Under the pieces are notes generated by a model. The model had not been told where the DNA came from. It worked only from the letters and a program-made list of their open reading frames with translations, and did no database searches. Both the position numbers and the translations under genes were made by a program. Shown here in pieces: positions 33,797-34,069 of a stretch of DNA of 34,069 nt; position 1 is the stretch's first letter, and each line of letters opens with the position of its first letter. Source of the stretch: Nemertoderma westbladi (Eukaryota; Animalia; Xenacoelomorpha); contig JAUCBJ010004952.1 in the NCBI GenBank assembly GCA_032718475.1, positions 1-34,069 on the forward strand, in the 5' to 3' direction.

Positions 33797-34069
33797 CTAT
33801 TCCTTCGCTGAGCGGGCTCGTCCACGTCCTCTAGTGCGATTGGGGGGTGGTCGAGGTCGAACTGGGCTCGGACTTCGGCGTCGAGTCGTCGGTGGTTCCA
33901 AAACGCTAGGAAAAGGGACGACGGGAGTTTCGCACATCCATCGTGCGCTCAATCCTCTAAATCCTCGTCCGATTCCAACTGTCGACTTAACATCGGATCG
34001 AGTTTCTACAACGCTAGGAGGAAGTCGAAAGGGTAGGACTGTTCCGTCCGTTGACACTTCGCTCTCTGA
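33797..34069 (-). pseudogene. Arg/Pro/Ser-rich ORF end entering from the right edge, probably from an element related to the one at 10-12 kb
   Basis: Similar composition and strand, and the adjacent 20-mer hairpin is shared with 10301, 10394 and 11513. Confidence 0.3.

Overview
AT-rich, transposon-dense eukaryotic DNA, probably from an invertebrate animal (inference from the LINEs, tRNA-derived SINE heads, hAT elements and a pentameric ligand-gated ion channel gene). Left third (1-15.3 kb): decayed minus-strand retroelement-like material. It includes an unlisted >=405-aa ORF running off the left edge, a 5'-truncated LINE, and two Gag/ORF1-like ORFs each broken by an insertion of the same RTE-like LINE (2283 bp and only 35 bp, both with 11-bp target-site duplications). 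Centre (16701-22801), the standout: a precisely bounded 6101-bp Polinton/Maverick-type element with AGTAGT...ACTACT ends, ~440-470-bp terminal inverted repeats (TIRs) and a 6-bp target-site duplication (TSD) GAGACC. It has no recognisable integrase, ATPase, capsid, protease or catalytic polymerase. Instead it carries a divergent TATA-binding-protein-like ORF, a zinc-finger ORF ending in a GSGW domain like the N-terminal region of Polinton-type PolB, two extended CTCF-like motifs, an array of seven Pol III B-box-like motifs and a perfect 77-bp palindrome. Right third: a hAT-type MITE, an intronless nicotinic-receptor-like channel gene lacking both Cys-loop cysteines, two foldback elements, a hAT transposase relic and a second copy of a ~2.1-kb repeat. 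All assignments were made by eye from motifs; no database searches were run.
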